The position numbers were made by a program, and so were the translations under genes. A DNA stretch of 64,000 nucleotides from a virus: positions 206,630 to 270,629 of the IMG/VR virus record IMGVR_UViG_3300017917_003822; one strand, written 5' to 3'. Of the stretch, positions 8,645-17,901 are shown piece by piece. Position 1 is the stretch's first letter; each line of letters starts with the position of its first letter. Under the pieces are notes generated by a model. The model had not been told where the DNA came from and did not search any database. It saw nothing but the letters and a program-made list of their open reading frames with translations.

Positions 8645-9090
8645 TGGAAAATTCAAGAACTGGATACAGTATAATTAAACCAACCATGTTTCTCATAAGA
8701 GGAATCCCAGGATCTGGTAAATCGACATTTGCAAATCACATCTGGAACGAGTATGCAATCTGCGAAGCAGACAAATACTTCATAGACAAGGAAACTGGTG
8801 AATATAAATTTGATGCCTCTAAGCTGAAGGATGCGCATGAATGGTGCAGAAATGAAGTTGAGAACAGAATGAAAGAACATCATCTTAATCCACAGTACTA
8901 TCCTGAAATAGCAGTGTCCAATACATTCACCCAAGAATGGGAAATGCAAAATTATCTGGATCTTGCTGATAAGTATGGTTATCAGGTTGTTTCTTTGATA
9001 GTGGAGAACCGACACGGAGGATCGAACGTTCACAACGTTCCGGAAGAAACCTTGGATAGAATGAGACAAAGATTTGAAATTAAACTATAA
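8644..9090 (+). CDS. P-loop polynucleotide 5'-kinase-like protein (T4 Pnk kinase-domain-like)
   Basis: Walker A GIPGSGKST. Overall pattern resembles the T4 Pnk kinase domain (ISDTNL...; ...DRMRQRF). Confidence 0.6.
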   Translation: MENSRTGYSIIKPTMFLIRGIPGSGKSTFANHIWNEYAICEADKYFIDKETGEYKFDASKLKDAHEWCRNEVENRMKEHHLNPQYYPEIAVSNTFTQEWEMQNYLDLADKYGYQVVSLIVENRHGGSNVHNVPEETLDRMRQRFEIKL

Positions 9091-9096
9091 CAACCA

Positions 9097-9843
9097 ATGG
9101 AGGAATTAACATTATCGGAAGCTAAAGAAAAATACAGAGTCAGAAAGGCTTTCGACATCTACATAGAGGACAAACTTCATACAGTTTATGATATAGATGG
9201 ATATGAACATAAAAATGGTGAATGGAACGGTACACCAACAACGTGGTGGTTGGATTACAGCAGGGATGTAGTTAGAGGCGAGGTTACTCCGGAGAGAAAT
9301 CTGATTCCATATGTTGATAAGGGAAATAATAGGATCTGCTGGGAAATTCGTTTCAAACAGAGAAATTATATGAAGCACAAATGGGACGAATGGAGCTTGA
9401 GGAACTCTGGAACCTGCGAGATATTTGCAAATGGCAAAAAGGTCTACAGCTTTGGTACATTTGATGTTTCATACGCTCTAAGTAAGGCACAATATCTGAT
9501 GGTTCAGTTAAGAGAACATCCGTATGATTTTCTCAATCCGGAGAATGAGCAAGATAGAAAGATATGGTACTATGGTCTACCGGCTAAGGTTAAGCCTAGC
9601 GATTATGCACCAGGAGAAATTAGTATACTCCCAGATTACACTGGAATTGAACCAGAAAGATGGTGGGATGAATACGAGAAAAGAAGAAAACCTGTGGATT
9701 TGAAATCGGATAGAGAACTCAGCGAGTGGGAAAAACAAGACATTGAATCTGACGAGCAGGATTTTAATGAGACTAGGAGCTACGGCAGAATAAATCACGG
9801 CGATGCACTCTGGGACGGAATGATAAATTGGTTTAGAAACTAA
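9097..9843 (+). CDS. hypothetical protein
   Basis: 248-aa ORF. Confidence 0.4.
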   Translation: MEELTLSEAKEKYRVRKAFDIYIEDKLHTVYDIDGYEHKNGEWNGTPTTWWLDYSRDVVRGEVTPERNLIPYVDKGNNRICWEIRFKQRNYMKHKWDEWSLRNSGTCEIFANGKKVYSFGTFDVSYALSKAQYLMVQLREHPYDFLNPENEQDRKIWYYGLPAKVKPSDYAPGEISILPDYTGIEPERWWDEYEKRRKPVDLKSDRELSEWEKQDIESDEQDFNETRSYGRINHGDALWDGMINWFRN

Positions 9844-9849
9844 TAAGGA

Positions 9850-10233
9850 ATGACAACATCTCTTATCATCAGAGGCGAAGTTTTGGGAGCATATGATCTT
9901 ACTTTTGAAGAATTTAAGACATCGGAGCTCAGAACAGTTTTTTTCGAGGAGATCGAAAGAACAATCAGCATGATATATCAGAGATACGCTTTTGAACCAA
10001 GAAGTCCAAAAGTTTTAGCAAAGATACTCGAGGATTCGAGGGAGATTCTATTTCCAGGTAAACCCAATGTTAGATTAACATTTAGCAAGGACGTAAATAA
10101 AGGAAGACTCGATTTGAATGTCATCATGAACTCGATGAAAATAGTAATCAGGAAGCAAGAGCTTTCCATAGTTGAATATCTGATCCACTTGGCAGCAATT
10201 AAGTGTGGCATCGCTTTTATAAAAATAAAATAA
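9850..10233 (+). CDS. hypothetical protein
   Basis: 127-aa ORF. Confidence 0.35.
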   Translation: MTTSLIIRGEVLGAYDLTFEEFKTSELRTVFFEEIERTISMIYQRYAFEPRSPKVLAKILEDSREILFPGKPNVRLTFSKDVNKGRLDLNVIMNSMKIVIRKQELSIVEYLIHLAAIKCGIAFIKIK

Positions 10234-10238
10234 TAAAC

Positions 10239-10649
10239 ATGGAATATAATTTATTTCTAGACGACTTCAGGCACCCATATGATTGTGTGCCATATATGCC
10301 GAATCGTGAAATTTACGCGAAATGGAAATGGGAGATAGTTAGAAACTATGACGAGTTTGTCGAGTATATTACGAAAAATGGTCTTCCTACTCACGTCTCA
10401 TTCGATCACGATCTTGCTGATGAGCATTATGACGATAGCATGTATGGAGGTCAGGCAGACTATGATAGGATGTATCAGGAATTCAAGGAAAAGACTGGAC
10501 TTGACTGTGCAAAATGGTTAGTTGATTACTGTATGGACAACAACCAGAAGCTTCCTGAATATTCTGTTCACTCGATGAATCCTGCTGGTGGAAAAAACAT
10601 TCTGGAGTACCTTAACAACTTTAAAAAATTTCAGGAAGATGGAAAATAA
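10239..10649 (+). CDS. hypothetical protein with conserved SFDHDL motif
   Basis: Track start 10203 is GTG. First ATG at 10239 gives MEYNLFLDDFRHP... Confidence 0.4.
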   Translation: MEYNLFLDDFRHPYDCVPYMPNREIYAKWKWEIVRNYDEFVEYITKNGLPTHVSFDHDLADEHYDDSMYGGQADYDRMYQEFKEKTGLDCAKWLVDYCMDNNQKLPEYSVHSMNPAGGKNILEYLNNFKKFQEDGK

Positions 10650-11046
10650 GAAACCTCTCAGAACACTATCAAAAGAAGATCTCATTAATAGCTTCAACCA
10701 CGGTCTGACTGTTGGAGGACTTAAAAAATTCATCGAGGAGAACAACGTTCCGGATGATGCCAAAGTTATGGTTCAGAGAGTTCATGACCACTACTTTGAA
10801 AATAATAATTGGGGAGTTTATCTAAAGGAGGGCTATTGGTATTATTCGGCAGAAAAAACAAATGAAAATATGCTCGAGGAGATCGAGAGAAGAAACAAAG
10901 GGCTTGAACCTGAATATGATCTAGAAGATCCAAAATCTTTAATGGTAGAGCTCGGAGATGAACTTAAGGAACAATATTATCCAGCTTGGTCATGTGTTAG
11001 ATACAGAGATGACCAGGATTTATTATTTATAGACTCACATTATTAA
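10639..11046 (+). CDS. hypothetical protein
   Basis: In-frame ATG at 10639 (MENKKPL) overlaps the upstream stop by 11 nt. The track extension overlaps the previous gene. Confidence 0.4.
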   Translation: MENKKPLRTLSKEDLINSFNHGLTVGGLKKFIEENNVPDDAKVMVQRVHDHYFENNNWGVYLKEGYWYYSAEKTNENMLEEIERRNKGLEPEYDLEDPKSLMVELGDELKEQYYPAWSCVRYRDDQDLLFIDSHY

Positions 11047-11060
11047 CAAAAAATAGAAAT

Positions 11061-11729
11061 ATGAACAACTCAGCAGAATTTAGAAAATACGCTTTAAGTC
11101 AGGGTATAAGCTCGCTAACACTGGACTATCACGATAAACAAATCCAGGCATCAATGACTCCGATGATCCTTGAGGAAAGGGAAATGAGAGTCACCCAGAT
11201 GACTGTTTTTGATAGATTGATGATGGATAGAATCCTTTGGGTAGCTGGTCCGGTTAACGATAGAATGTCAACCATAGTTCAGGCTCAACTTATGTTCCTT
11301 GATTCCGTTGATGATAGGGATATTACTATGCACATTGACTCCCCCGGTGGGTCTGTTAAATCTGGTCTGAGTATGGTTGATGTTATGTCGTATATTAAAT
11401 CGGATATCCGAACAGTTAACACAGGGATGGCAGCTTCGATGGGATCAATTTTACTTGGAGCAGGAACTAAAGGAAAAAGATCGTCGTTAAGATTTAGTAA
11501 AGTTATGTTGCACCAATCCAGCGGTGGATTTAGTGGAAACATCCAGGATGCAGAAATCGACATGATAGAATGGAAAAAATACAATGAGATCCTGTTTGAG
11601 TTATTGGGTGAATATTGTGACAAACCAGCAGAACAAGTAATGCAAGATGCGACTAGGGATTTTTGGTTGAGTGCAGATGATGCTGTTGCTTATGGCATTA
11701 TCGACGAGGTAATCAGATCTAAAAAATAA
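11061..11729 (+). CDS. clpP: ClpP-family serine protease (candidate prohead protease)
   Basis: Catalytic triad context is GMAASMGS (Ser), MLHQ (His), DATRDFWLSA (Asp). Overall ClpP alignment: DSPGGSV..., GAGTKGKR. Confidence 0.85.
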   Translation: MNNSAEFRKYALSQGISSLTLDYHDKQIQASMTPMILEEREMRVTQMTVFDRLMMDRILWVAGPVNDRMSTIVQAQLMFLDSVDDRDITMHIDSPGGSVKSGLSMVDVMSYIKSDIRTVNTGMAASMGSILLGAGTKGKRSSLRFSKVMLHQSSGGFSGNIQDAEIDMIEWKKYNEILFELLGEYCDKPAEQVMQDATRDFWLSADDAVAYGIIDEVIRSKK

Positions 11730-11738
11730 TATCGGGAT

Positions 11739-11948
11739 ATGGCCAAGGGAAACTATATAATTCACGAGGAGCTCAACGACAAACAGCAGAAAATGTACGA
11801 AGAATGGATCGCTCACATTAAAGCGATCTATGGTGAGTATGGTACATTTACCTGGAAGGTTACTCCGACAGGTATTGGAAGCGGAATATCCGTTTATAGT
11901 CACAAAACAAAAACTGAATTGGATCTAACAGATGTCGATAGCTGGTAA
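11739..11948 (+). CDS. hypothetical protein
   Basis: 69-aa ORF. Confidence 0.35.
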   Translation: MAKGNYIIHEELNDKQQKMYEEWIAHIKAIYGEYGTFTWKVTPTGIGSGISVYSHKTKTELDLTDVDSW

Positions 11949-12267
11949 CAAGGAAAAAGAATTATGTGAATGCGGGAAGATGGCCGTTTGGTGCTACCTT
12001 CCAGGTTACAGAGATGGTAGCAGTCCATATTCCTGTGAAGATTGCGTAAATCGAGGTTGTGACTGTAATCACCGATATGTTGACCCTAACTCATATCATC
12101 CTCCACTCGATGAACCGGATCTTCCAGATGGTGAGGAGGGGGTTGATTGGACTTGGGTAGATGAAGATAAGAAAGCATGGACATATATCGACGAAAAGGG
12201 AAGACAGTATCCCTGCTGTGAATATCATCATGATCCCGAGGGGTTCGACGTTTACGAGGAAGACTAA
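11932..12267 (+). CDS. cysteine-rich hypothetical protein
   Basis: CECG...CEDC...CDCNH...CCEYHH suggest metal-binding. Confidence 0.35.
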   Translation: MSIAGNKEKELCECGKMAVWCYLPGYRDGSSPYSCEDCVNRGCDCNHRYVDPNSYHPPLDEPDLPDGEEGVDWTWVDEDKKAWTYIDEKGRQYPCCEYHHDPEGFDVYEED

Positions 12268-12280
12268 AAAAAGATAATAT

Positions 12281-12571
12281 ATGGTAGAATTAAAAGAAAA
12301 GAAAGAAATTTTGATCTGTGATTGCCACTCGACAGAACACCAGGTCGTGATATATTACAGTGAGGATGAGTTTGAGGATGGTAGAAAATACCCCATGTGT
12401 TATTTTCATATTCACTTAAACAAATTACCATTTCTGGAGAGACTGAGGTATGCGATCAAATACATATTCGGACGGAAGTCGAGATATGGGGCATTCGATG
12501 AATTTATCATTAACCCATCCGATGCTGATAAGTTACAGGATCTGGTTAATTATTTAAAACAAAAAGAATGA
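12281..12571 (+). CDS. hypothetical protein
   Basis: 96-aa ORF. Confidence 0.35.
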   Translation: MVELKEKKEILICDCHSTEHQVVIYYSEDEFEDGRKYPMCYFHIHLNKLPFLERLRYAIKYIFGRKSRYGAFDEFIINPSDADKLQDLVNYLKQKE

Positions 12572-12795
12572 TCTGGAAAAGTATCGAAGAAGAAACTCCG
12601 GTTGCCTATGAAAGTGGTAACTGGGACGGACTAAGAAGCGAAGAAGTTCTGGTGTCTGATAAAGAAGGTAAATTGAACATAGCCCGAATGTATAAGGGCA
12701 CAATGGACGGATCTCACTTTAGACAATTCTATGACCATCGAGATTTTGAGATACCTGAAGTAACTCACTGGTGTAAAATTCCCATGCTACTTTAG
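12568..12795 (+). CDS. hypothetical protein
   Basis: 75-aa ORF. Confidence 0.3.
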   Translation: MIWKSIEEETPVAYESGNWDGLRSEEVLVSDKEGKLNIARMYKGTMDGSHFRQFYDHRDFEIPEVTHWCKIPMLL

Positions 12796-12826
12796 TGCAT
12801 GGGAATTTTTTTTTGATATATAGTTC

Positions 12827-13564
12827 ATGCTAAAATACCTAAAGGAATATCACGAATTTGAATATTCACAAGAAACAGATCTTAATGAGGGGTTTCTCGG
12901 TGACATCAAGGACATATGGAACAGCTTCATGAGACTAGTCGAAAAAATACTCAAGGAGAAGAAGGCTGGTCAGAAAACAAAGACACCAACAGTAAAAAAA
13001 CCTTCACCCCTGGAGGGTCAACATATGTTATATCTTCCGCATCAACAGGGACCATCCGGTGCTGTTAAATTGGTAGATGTTTATAGAGGTAAAAAGAAAC
13101 TCGATCCAAACGACAGAACAAAGCTACTTAAGAATATGCCATCATCGGATCCAGGCTATCAAAAAGTTTTAAAAGGTAACGATAGGGAGGCGGTAACTGC
13201 TTTTCTGAATTACCAAAAAAATACATGGGATAATTATCAAAAGGAAGCTCTATCAAAAATAAAACTACCAGAAAATAAGGTAGTTAAAAAAGCGATAGAT
13301 AAGCTACCAAATCCAAATTTTCCTAAAGAATTTTTAACCACTGTGGCTTATAAGGAATCGAGATTTGTTCCAAATCCACCAACAAACAAAACATATAGAG
13401 GACTATTTCAAATAGGTCCTTCTGCGTGGGCACAATTAAAAAGAATAAACCCGGAAAAATATAAAGGATCTCTCCCACCAATAGATCCTATCAAAAACAC
13501 CCAAGCGGGTCACGATTATCTTAAGTGGACCTACGAACAATTTGAAAAGGACGTAAGGGTATAA
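12827..13564 (+). CDS. SLT-like (lytic transglycosylase-like) domain protein
   Basis: KESRFVPNPPTNKTYRGLFQIGPSAW resembles the SLT motif ES.FNP.A.S..GA.GLMQ. Paralogous to the 58931-59749 product. Confidence 0.45.
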   Translation: MLKYLKEYHEFEYSQETDLNEGFLGDIKDIWNSFMRLVEKILKEKKAGQKTKTPTVKKPSPLEGQHMLYLPHQQGPSGAVKLVDVYRGKKKLDPNDRTKLLKNMPSSDPGYQKVLKGNDREAVTAFLNYQKNTWDNYQKEALSKIKLPENKVVKKAIDKLPNPNFPKEFLTTVAYKESRFVPNPPTNKTYRGLFQIGPSAWAQLKRINPEKYKGSLPPIDPIKNTQAGHDYLKWTYEQFEKDVRV

Positions 13565-14143
13565 TTATTTTTTATCTTTTAGATTTGCTTTTGCTTGCTT
13601 GTATAGCGCTTTATCACCGACTTCGGTTGTTCTTCCGCCAGTCACAAAAGAATTAACTCTTGCCATGGCCCATTGCTGAGGAGTAGTTCCGGGAACATGA
13701 CCAGTTTTCCAAGCCGCATAGCCTCTAGCCCAAACTTTCTTTAATATACCAAGAGGGAATCCGGTCTTATCCGATTTCTTTTTAAGAGCCTTGTATACCG
13801 GACTATTTTTACCCATTGACGATTCTTGTAAAATTTCCTCCGTCAAATCATCATTTTCTATAAGGATATCCTCAAAAAGATTGTCTGGCAAGCCGAATGA
13901 ATCGAAATCCACTATATTCTTAGGTTCGAAGTTGTCACTTTCACCAAACATCTCCTTATACTTTTTCGTGTATTTAGATGCTTTGGTTGGAACAGGTTTA
14001 CCCTTTCCAGCTTTTCTGCTTTTATAGTCAGCATCCCATGGACCGTATGCTGATGAGTCATCATCTGCTTTGTGTCCGTGTTTTTTAATTTCTCTCTTCA
14101 TCACTTCCGGATTTCTGGTGAGATATTTCTTAGGTAATTTCAT
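13565..14143 (-). CDS. lysine-rich hypothetical protein
   Basis: 192-aa minus-strand ORF, convergent with the upstream + gene. Confidence 0.4.
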   Translation of the reverse strand: MKLPKKYLTRNPEVMKREIKKHGHKADDDSSAYGPWDADYKSRKAGKGKPVPTKASKYTKKYKEMFGESDNFEPKNIVDFDSFGLPDNLFEDILIENDDLTEEILQESSMGKNSPVYKALKKKSDKTGFPLGILKKVWARGYAAWKTGHVPGTTPQQWAMARVNSFVTGGRTTEVGDKALYKQAKANLKDKK

Positions 14144-14174
14144 ATTCTATATATCGTAAAATTTTTTGAATTAA

Positions 14175-14206
14175 TTTTTTTAATTCGAGAGAATGCCCTA
14201 TATTTG
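14175..14206 (+). promoter_or_regulatory. promoter-like motif copy 4
   Basis: TTTTTTT-AATTCGAG-N9-TATATTTG. Confidence 0.4.
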
Positions 14207-14221
14207 AGAAAAAAATACAAC

Positions 14222-15076
14222 ATGAGTCATTTCACAGTAATGGTTATCGGGGAGAATCCAGAAGATCAACTTGCCCCGTTTCAAGAAAATAACATGAGCA
14301 ATTGTCCGGAGGAGTATCTGGAATTCAACGACGAAACTGAAATTCTACAGAAAGAATGGGAGAGCCTATCTGAGGATGAAAAAAACGAATATGATGACTT
14401 CGAATCTTTCGTTGGTGATCGTGGATATGATGAACATGAAGGTAAGTTTGGTTATTGGGAGAACCCAAACGCCAAATGGGACTGGTATGTTCTGGGAGGA
14501 AGATGGACCGGTTTCTTTAAAATGAAACCAGGTCACAAAGGAGAATCTGGCAGGGGTGGATTGTTTACACCACCACCAGCGTCAGGAACTGCGGATTCAG
14601 CTCTCAAGAAGGATATAGACTTCAGAGAGATGCGAAGAAGTGCTGGTGAGGAGGCTGGTAAAACTTGGGATAAAGTCATGAAAATCGTTGGTAATTTGAA
14701 AGATTATGCAACTTGGGAATATGTTAGGGATACCATATCATCAGGTGATATTGATGCTGCCAGAGAGTATTATGCCAATCAGAAAGCAGTTGTCAAGCTA
14801 AATGAATACAACAGAAAAAACAGCTACAAGATGGCATTTATTAATCTTGATGATTTTGTGGGTTCAAGAGAGGATTACTGTATCGATGCTGCCAATTCTT
14901 CATTCGTAACTTTCGCAGTAATTAAGGACGGAGTTTGGTATGAAAAAGGATCAATGGGATGGTGGGGAATGGTTAGCAACGAGAAAAATCAGGATGATTG
15001 GAATTCGGAGGTTTCTAAAATGATCGACGAACTACCGGAGGACACACTAATCTCAGTTTACGACTGTCATATTTAA
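14222..15076 (+). CDS. hypothetical protein
   Basis: Track start 14204 is TTG inside the promoter -7 box. First ATG at 14222 gives MSHFTVMV... Confidence 0.4.
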   Translation: MSHFTVMVIGENPEDQLAPFQENNMSNCPEEYLEFNDETEILQKEWESLSEDEKNEYDDFESFVGDRGYDEHEGKFGYWENPNAKWDWYVLGGRWTGFFKMKPGHKGESGRGGLFTPPPASGTADSALKKDIDFREMRRSAGEEAGKTWDKVMKIVGNLKDYATWEYVRDTISSGDIDAAREYYANQKAVVKLNEYNRKNSYKMAFINLDDFVGSREDYCIDAANSSFVTFAVIKDGVWYEKGSMGWWGMVSNEKNQDDWNSEVSKMIDELPEDTLISVYDCHI

Positions 15077-15080
15077 TCCA

Positions 15081-15536
15081 ATGATTAAGAATAACGAAAA
15101 TAAATCCATCTGCTTCGGTTGCGGACAGTGCTGCAAATCTCTTCCTGGTATAGTCTCTCCAAGTGATCTGAAAGAGGTTACTGTGGAGTCACTAACAGAT
15201 CTTTTTGAGTCTGGCTATCAGTTTGATTACTGGGAAGGCAATCTAACGGGTAACCCGGAACATGATGACATAACTTTCTTCTACCTACGTCCGCAGACAA
15301 AGAGCTCGGTTAACAAGATAGTTGATGCCTCCTGGGGGGGAGAATGTGTTTTTCTAAATGATGACGGATGTTCAAAATCTTTCGAAGAAAGACCATCCCA
15401 ATGCAGAGCTTTGACACCATCGAAAGATGGTAACTGCTACCTTGATAAAAAATACGAGAAAAAGATCATGATAGAGGAATGGTTACCGTACAATGAAATA
15501 ATTATCGAAACGATTGATAAGATAAGTAAGGATTGA
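15081..15536 (+). CDS. cysteine-rich protein (CxxCxxCC cluster)
   Basis: CFGCGQCCKS motif. Confidence 0.4.
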   Translation: MIKNNENKSICFGCGQCCKSLPGIVSPSDLKEVTVESLTDLFESGYQFDYWEGNLTGNPEHDDITFFYLRPQTKSSVNKIVDASWGGECVFLNDDGCSKSFEERPSQCRALTPSKDGNCYLDKKYEKKIMIEEWLPYNEIIIETIDKISKD

Positions 15537-15540
15537 TAAT

Positions 15541-15624
15541 ATGTATTACATTTTAACATTTTTAGCTGGTTTTATCATCGGAGCAGCAAGGGAAAGAGTG
15601 CTAAATTATAAAAATAAAAAATAA
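15541..15624 (+). CDS. small hydrophobic peptide (27 aa)
   Basis: MYYILTFLAGFIIGAAREKVLNYKNKK. Fills the gap between genes. Below track cutoff. Confidence 0.2.
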   Translation: MYYILTFLAGFIIGAARERVLNYKNKK

Positions 15625-15625
15625 T

Positions 15626-16240
15626 ATGCCAACAGGATACACAGCAGGAATTATAGAAGGTAAAATCACCACTTTTGAACAGTTTGCTAAAAAATGTATG
15701 AGAGCTTTCGGAGCAACAATTCATATGAGGGACGAGTCGCTAGATGCTGAATATGAACCTAGGACTCCATCAGATTATTATGTTGCTAGTCTGGAACGGG
15801 CAAAGAGAAAAATTAAGGAATTAGACGAATTACCAGATTCTCATTTTATTCAGGAGGAGATTTCACAAATCAAAAACGAAATAGTAAGAATAACCGATAA
15901 AATAGAGGAGATCAAAAAATCAAAAAAAAGATTGGAAACAATACTTTCTGATGTTGAAGCGTGGGTCCCCCCTGGGGAGGACCACATGAACTTCAAGGAT
16001 TTCATGATCCAACAGTTGACCGATACTATTGATAGAGATTGCGACACGGAATATTATGATGCCGAGTTGGACAAATATTACAAAAAACTCGAATCCCCTA
16101 TCGACGTGGAGTCAATAAAAGAGGAGTTAAGAAATTCTTTTGAATATGATATTGAGAGATGTCAAAAAAATCTAGACGAGGAAATAGCTAGATGTAAATC
16201 ATCAAACGATTGGGTTGAAACTTTATTAAAATCTATATAA
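15626..16240 (+). CDS. hypothetical protein (coiled-coil-like)
   Basis: 204-aa ORF. Confidence 0.4.
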   Translation: MPTGYTAGIIEGKITTFEQFAKKCMRAFGATIHMRDESLDAEYEPRTPSDYYVASLERAKRKIKELDELPDSHFIQEEISQIKNEIVRITDKIEEIKKSKKRLETILSDVEAWVPPGEDHMNFKDFMIQQLTDTIDRDCDTEYYDAELDKYYKKLESPIDVESIKEELRNSFEYDIERCQKNLDEEIARCKSSNDWVETLLKSI

Positions 16241-16417
16241 ATGGAACAAATTGTCATTATAACTAGTAGTCAATCGACTATCAACGAGCATCTCCGCTCC
16301 GGATGGAGGGTTAAATCTGTGACAGCACAACATGTGGTAACAGGAAGTACCTCCCAAATGAGAGGTGATTTTTGTTTTGTTTTGGAAAAAAATAACGAAC
16401 ACAAATAAACTATAACA

Positions 16418-17560
16418 ATGGAAAGAAAATTAGCAAGTATACAGAAAATAGGAAAAGTTCTGCCTATAGAGGGAGCAGATGCAATCGAGATGGTAATGGT
16501 TAACTCGTGGAAGGTCGTTTCTAAGAAGGATGAATTCAAGGAAGGTGACTATTGCGTTTATTTTGAAATTGATTCATTTCTTCCAATTAGAGAGGAATTT
16601 GAGTTCTTGAGAAAATCCTCCTATAGAAAGATGGGGGATCTTGAGGGATTCAGACTAAAAACCATAAAACTTAGAGGACAGGTTAGTCAGGGGCTTTGTT
16701 TACCAATCTCCATATTGGAGGGAGATGGTGAAATGAAAATTGGAATCAGCAAGCAACCTTGGGGAGATCAATTACAGCTTGGTCCTTATGACGATGCTCT
16801 TGTTATTCAAGAAGGAGTTGATGTCACAGAACATTTGGGAGTTGTTAAATTTGAACCACCTATACCGGCTGAACTTGCAGGAAAGGTTAAAGGAAATTTC
16901 CCTGGTTTCATCAGAAAAACAGACGAGGAAAGAATCCAGAATATGACGAAGCAATTTGAGGAGATGAAGTCACATCAATACTACATCACGGAAAAACTTG
17001 ACGGTAGTTCAGCAACTTACTATTTTAGAGACGGGGTTTTCGGTGTCTGTTCAAGAAACCTTGAGTTAGCGGATCCTGGAGAATTTGTACCTGGTACTAT
17101 CATTGGTGAAGATGGTGTCGAAAGACCCAAAAAAGAAAATACATTCTGGAAGGTTGCTAGAGAGCTAAAGATAGCAGAAAAACTAGGATCTCTTAATCAA
17201 AATTACGCAATCCAGGGGGAGCTTATTGGGGAAGGAGTGCAAGGAAATCCTTACAAGATCAAAGGACACACACTTAGAATATTTAATGTATTCAATATCG
17301 ATCAACAGGAGTATCTGGGACTTGATGAAATGAGGGATTTTCTTTCGAAGGTTAATGTTGACGATTCACCATTGGAATTGGTTCCTGTCATTGATGAAAA
17401 CTACAAGCTGCATGGAACCATCGAGGAAATTCTACAATATGCTGAGGGTAAATCAGTTCTTCATAATGAGGCCGAGAGAGAAGGAATTGTTATCAGAAAC
17501 AAAGACAAGAGCATCTCATTCAAGGCTATTTCTAATAAATTCTTGCTAAAGGAAAAATAG
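16418..17560 (+). CDS. second ATP-dependent RNA ligase (Rnl5/DraRnl-like: N-terminal OB-like domain + KxDG nucleotidyltransferase)
   Basis: Motif I ITEKLDGSS, motif IV EGIVIRNK, motif V KAISNKF. N-terminal ASIQKIGKVLPIEGADAIEMV...WKVVSKKDEFKEGDYCVYFEIDSFLP. Confidence 0.55.
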   Translation: MERKLASIQKIGKVLPIEGADAIEMVMVNSWKVVSKKDEFKEGDYCVYFEIDSFLPIREEFEFLRKSSYRKMGDLEGFRLKTIKLRGQVSQGLCLPISILEGDGEMKIGISKQPWGDQLQLGPYDDALVIQEGVDVTEHLGVVKFEPPIPAELAGKVKGNFPGFIRKTDEERIQNMTKQFEEMKSHQYYITEKLDGSSATYYFRDGVFGVCSRNLELADPGEFVPGTIIGEDGVERPKKENTFWKVARELKIAEKLGSLNQNYAIQGELIGEGVQGNPYKIKGHTLRIFNVFNIDQQEYLGLDEMRDFLSKVNVDDSPLELVPVIDENYKLHGTIEEILQYAEGKSVLHNEAEREGIVIRNKDKSISFKAISNKFLLKEK

Positions 17561-17561
17561 T

Positions 17562-17885
17562 ATGCAGAAACATCAATTAGAATATTTCGATTGGTTCGAT
17601 ATCCAAAGAGAAATCTGTAAGGAGATGGGTATTGAAGAACAATACTTCAGAGATTATCACAAGTTAGTTGGTGGAGAATATAAGGATCTTTGGCATATTT
17701 GGCTGGAATACTTCCAGTCGGAGGTTACAAATGATACGATAGTTCGTAATGATTGCGATGAAAGAATGGAAATTAAAATTGAATGGATAACCGAAGAAGG
17801 TGACGAATGGGCAATACCCTTTGTTGAGGCGGTTTACAAGGTTTGGGATAAATTCGGAATCGAGTATGTAAGATACAGCTGGTAA
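17562..17885 (+). CDS. hypothetical protein
   Basis: 107-aa ORF. Confidence 0.35.
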   Translation: MQKHQLEYFDWFDIQREICKEMGIEEQYFRDYHKLVGGEYKDLWHIWLEYFQSEVTNDTIVRNDCDERMEIKIEWITEEGDEWAIPFVEAVYKVWDKFGIEYVRYSW

Positions 17886-17901
17886 ATACAAAATACTATA
17901 A

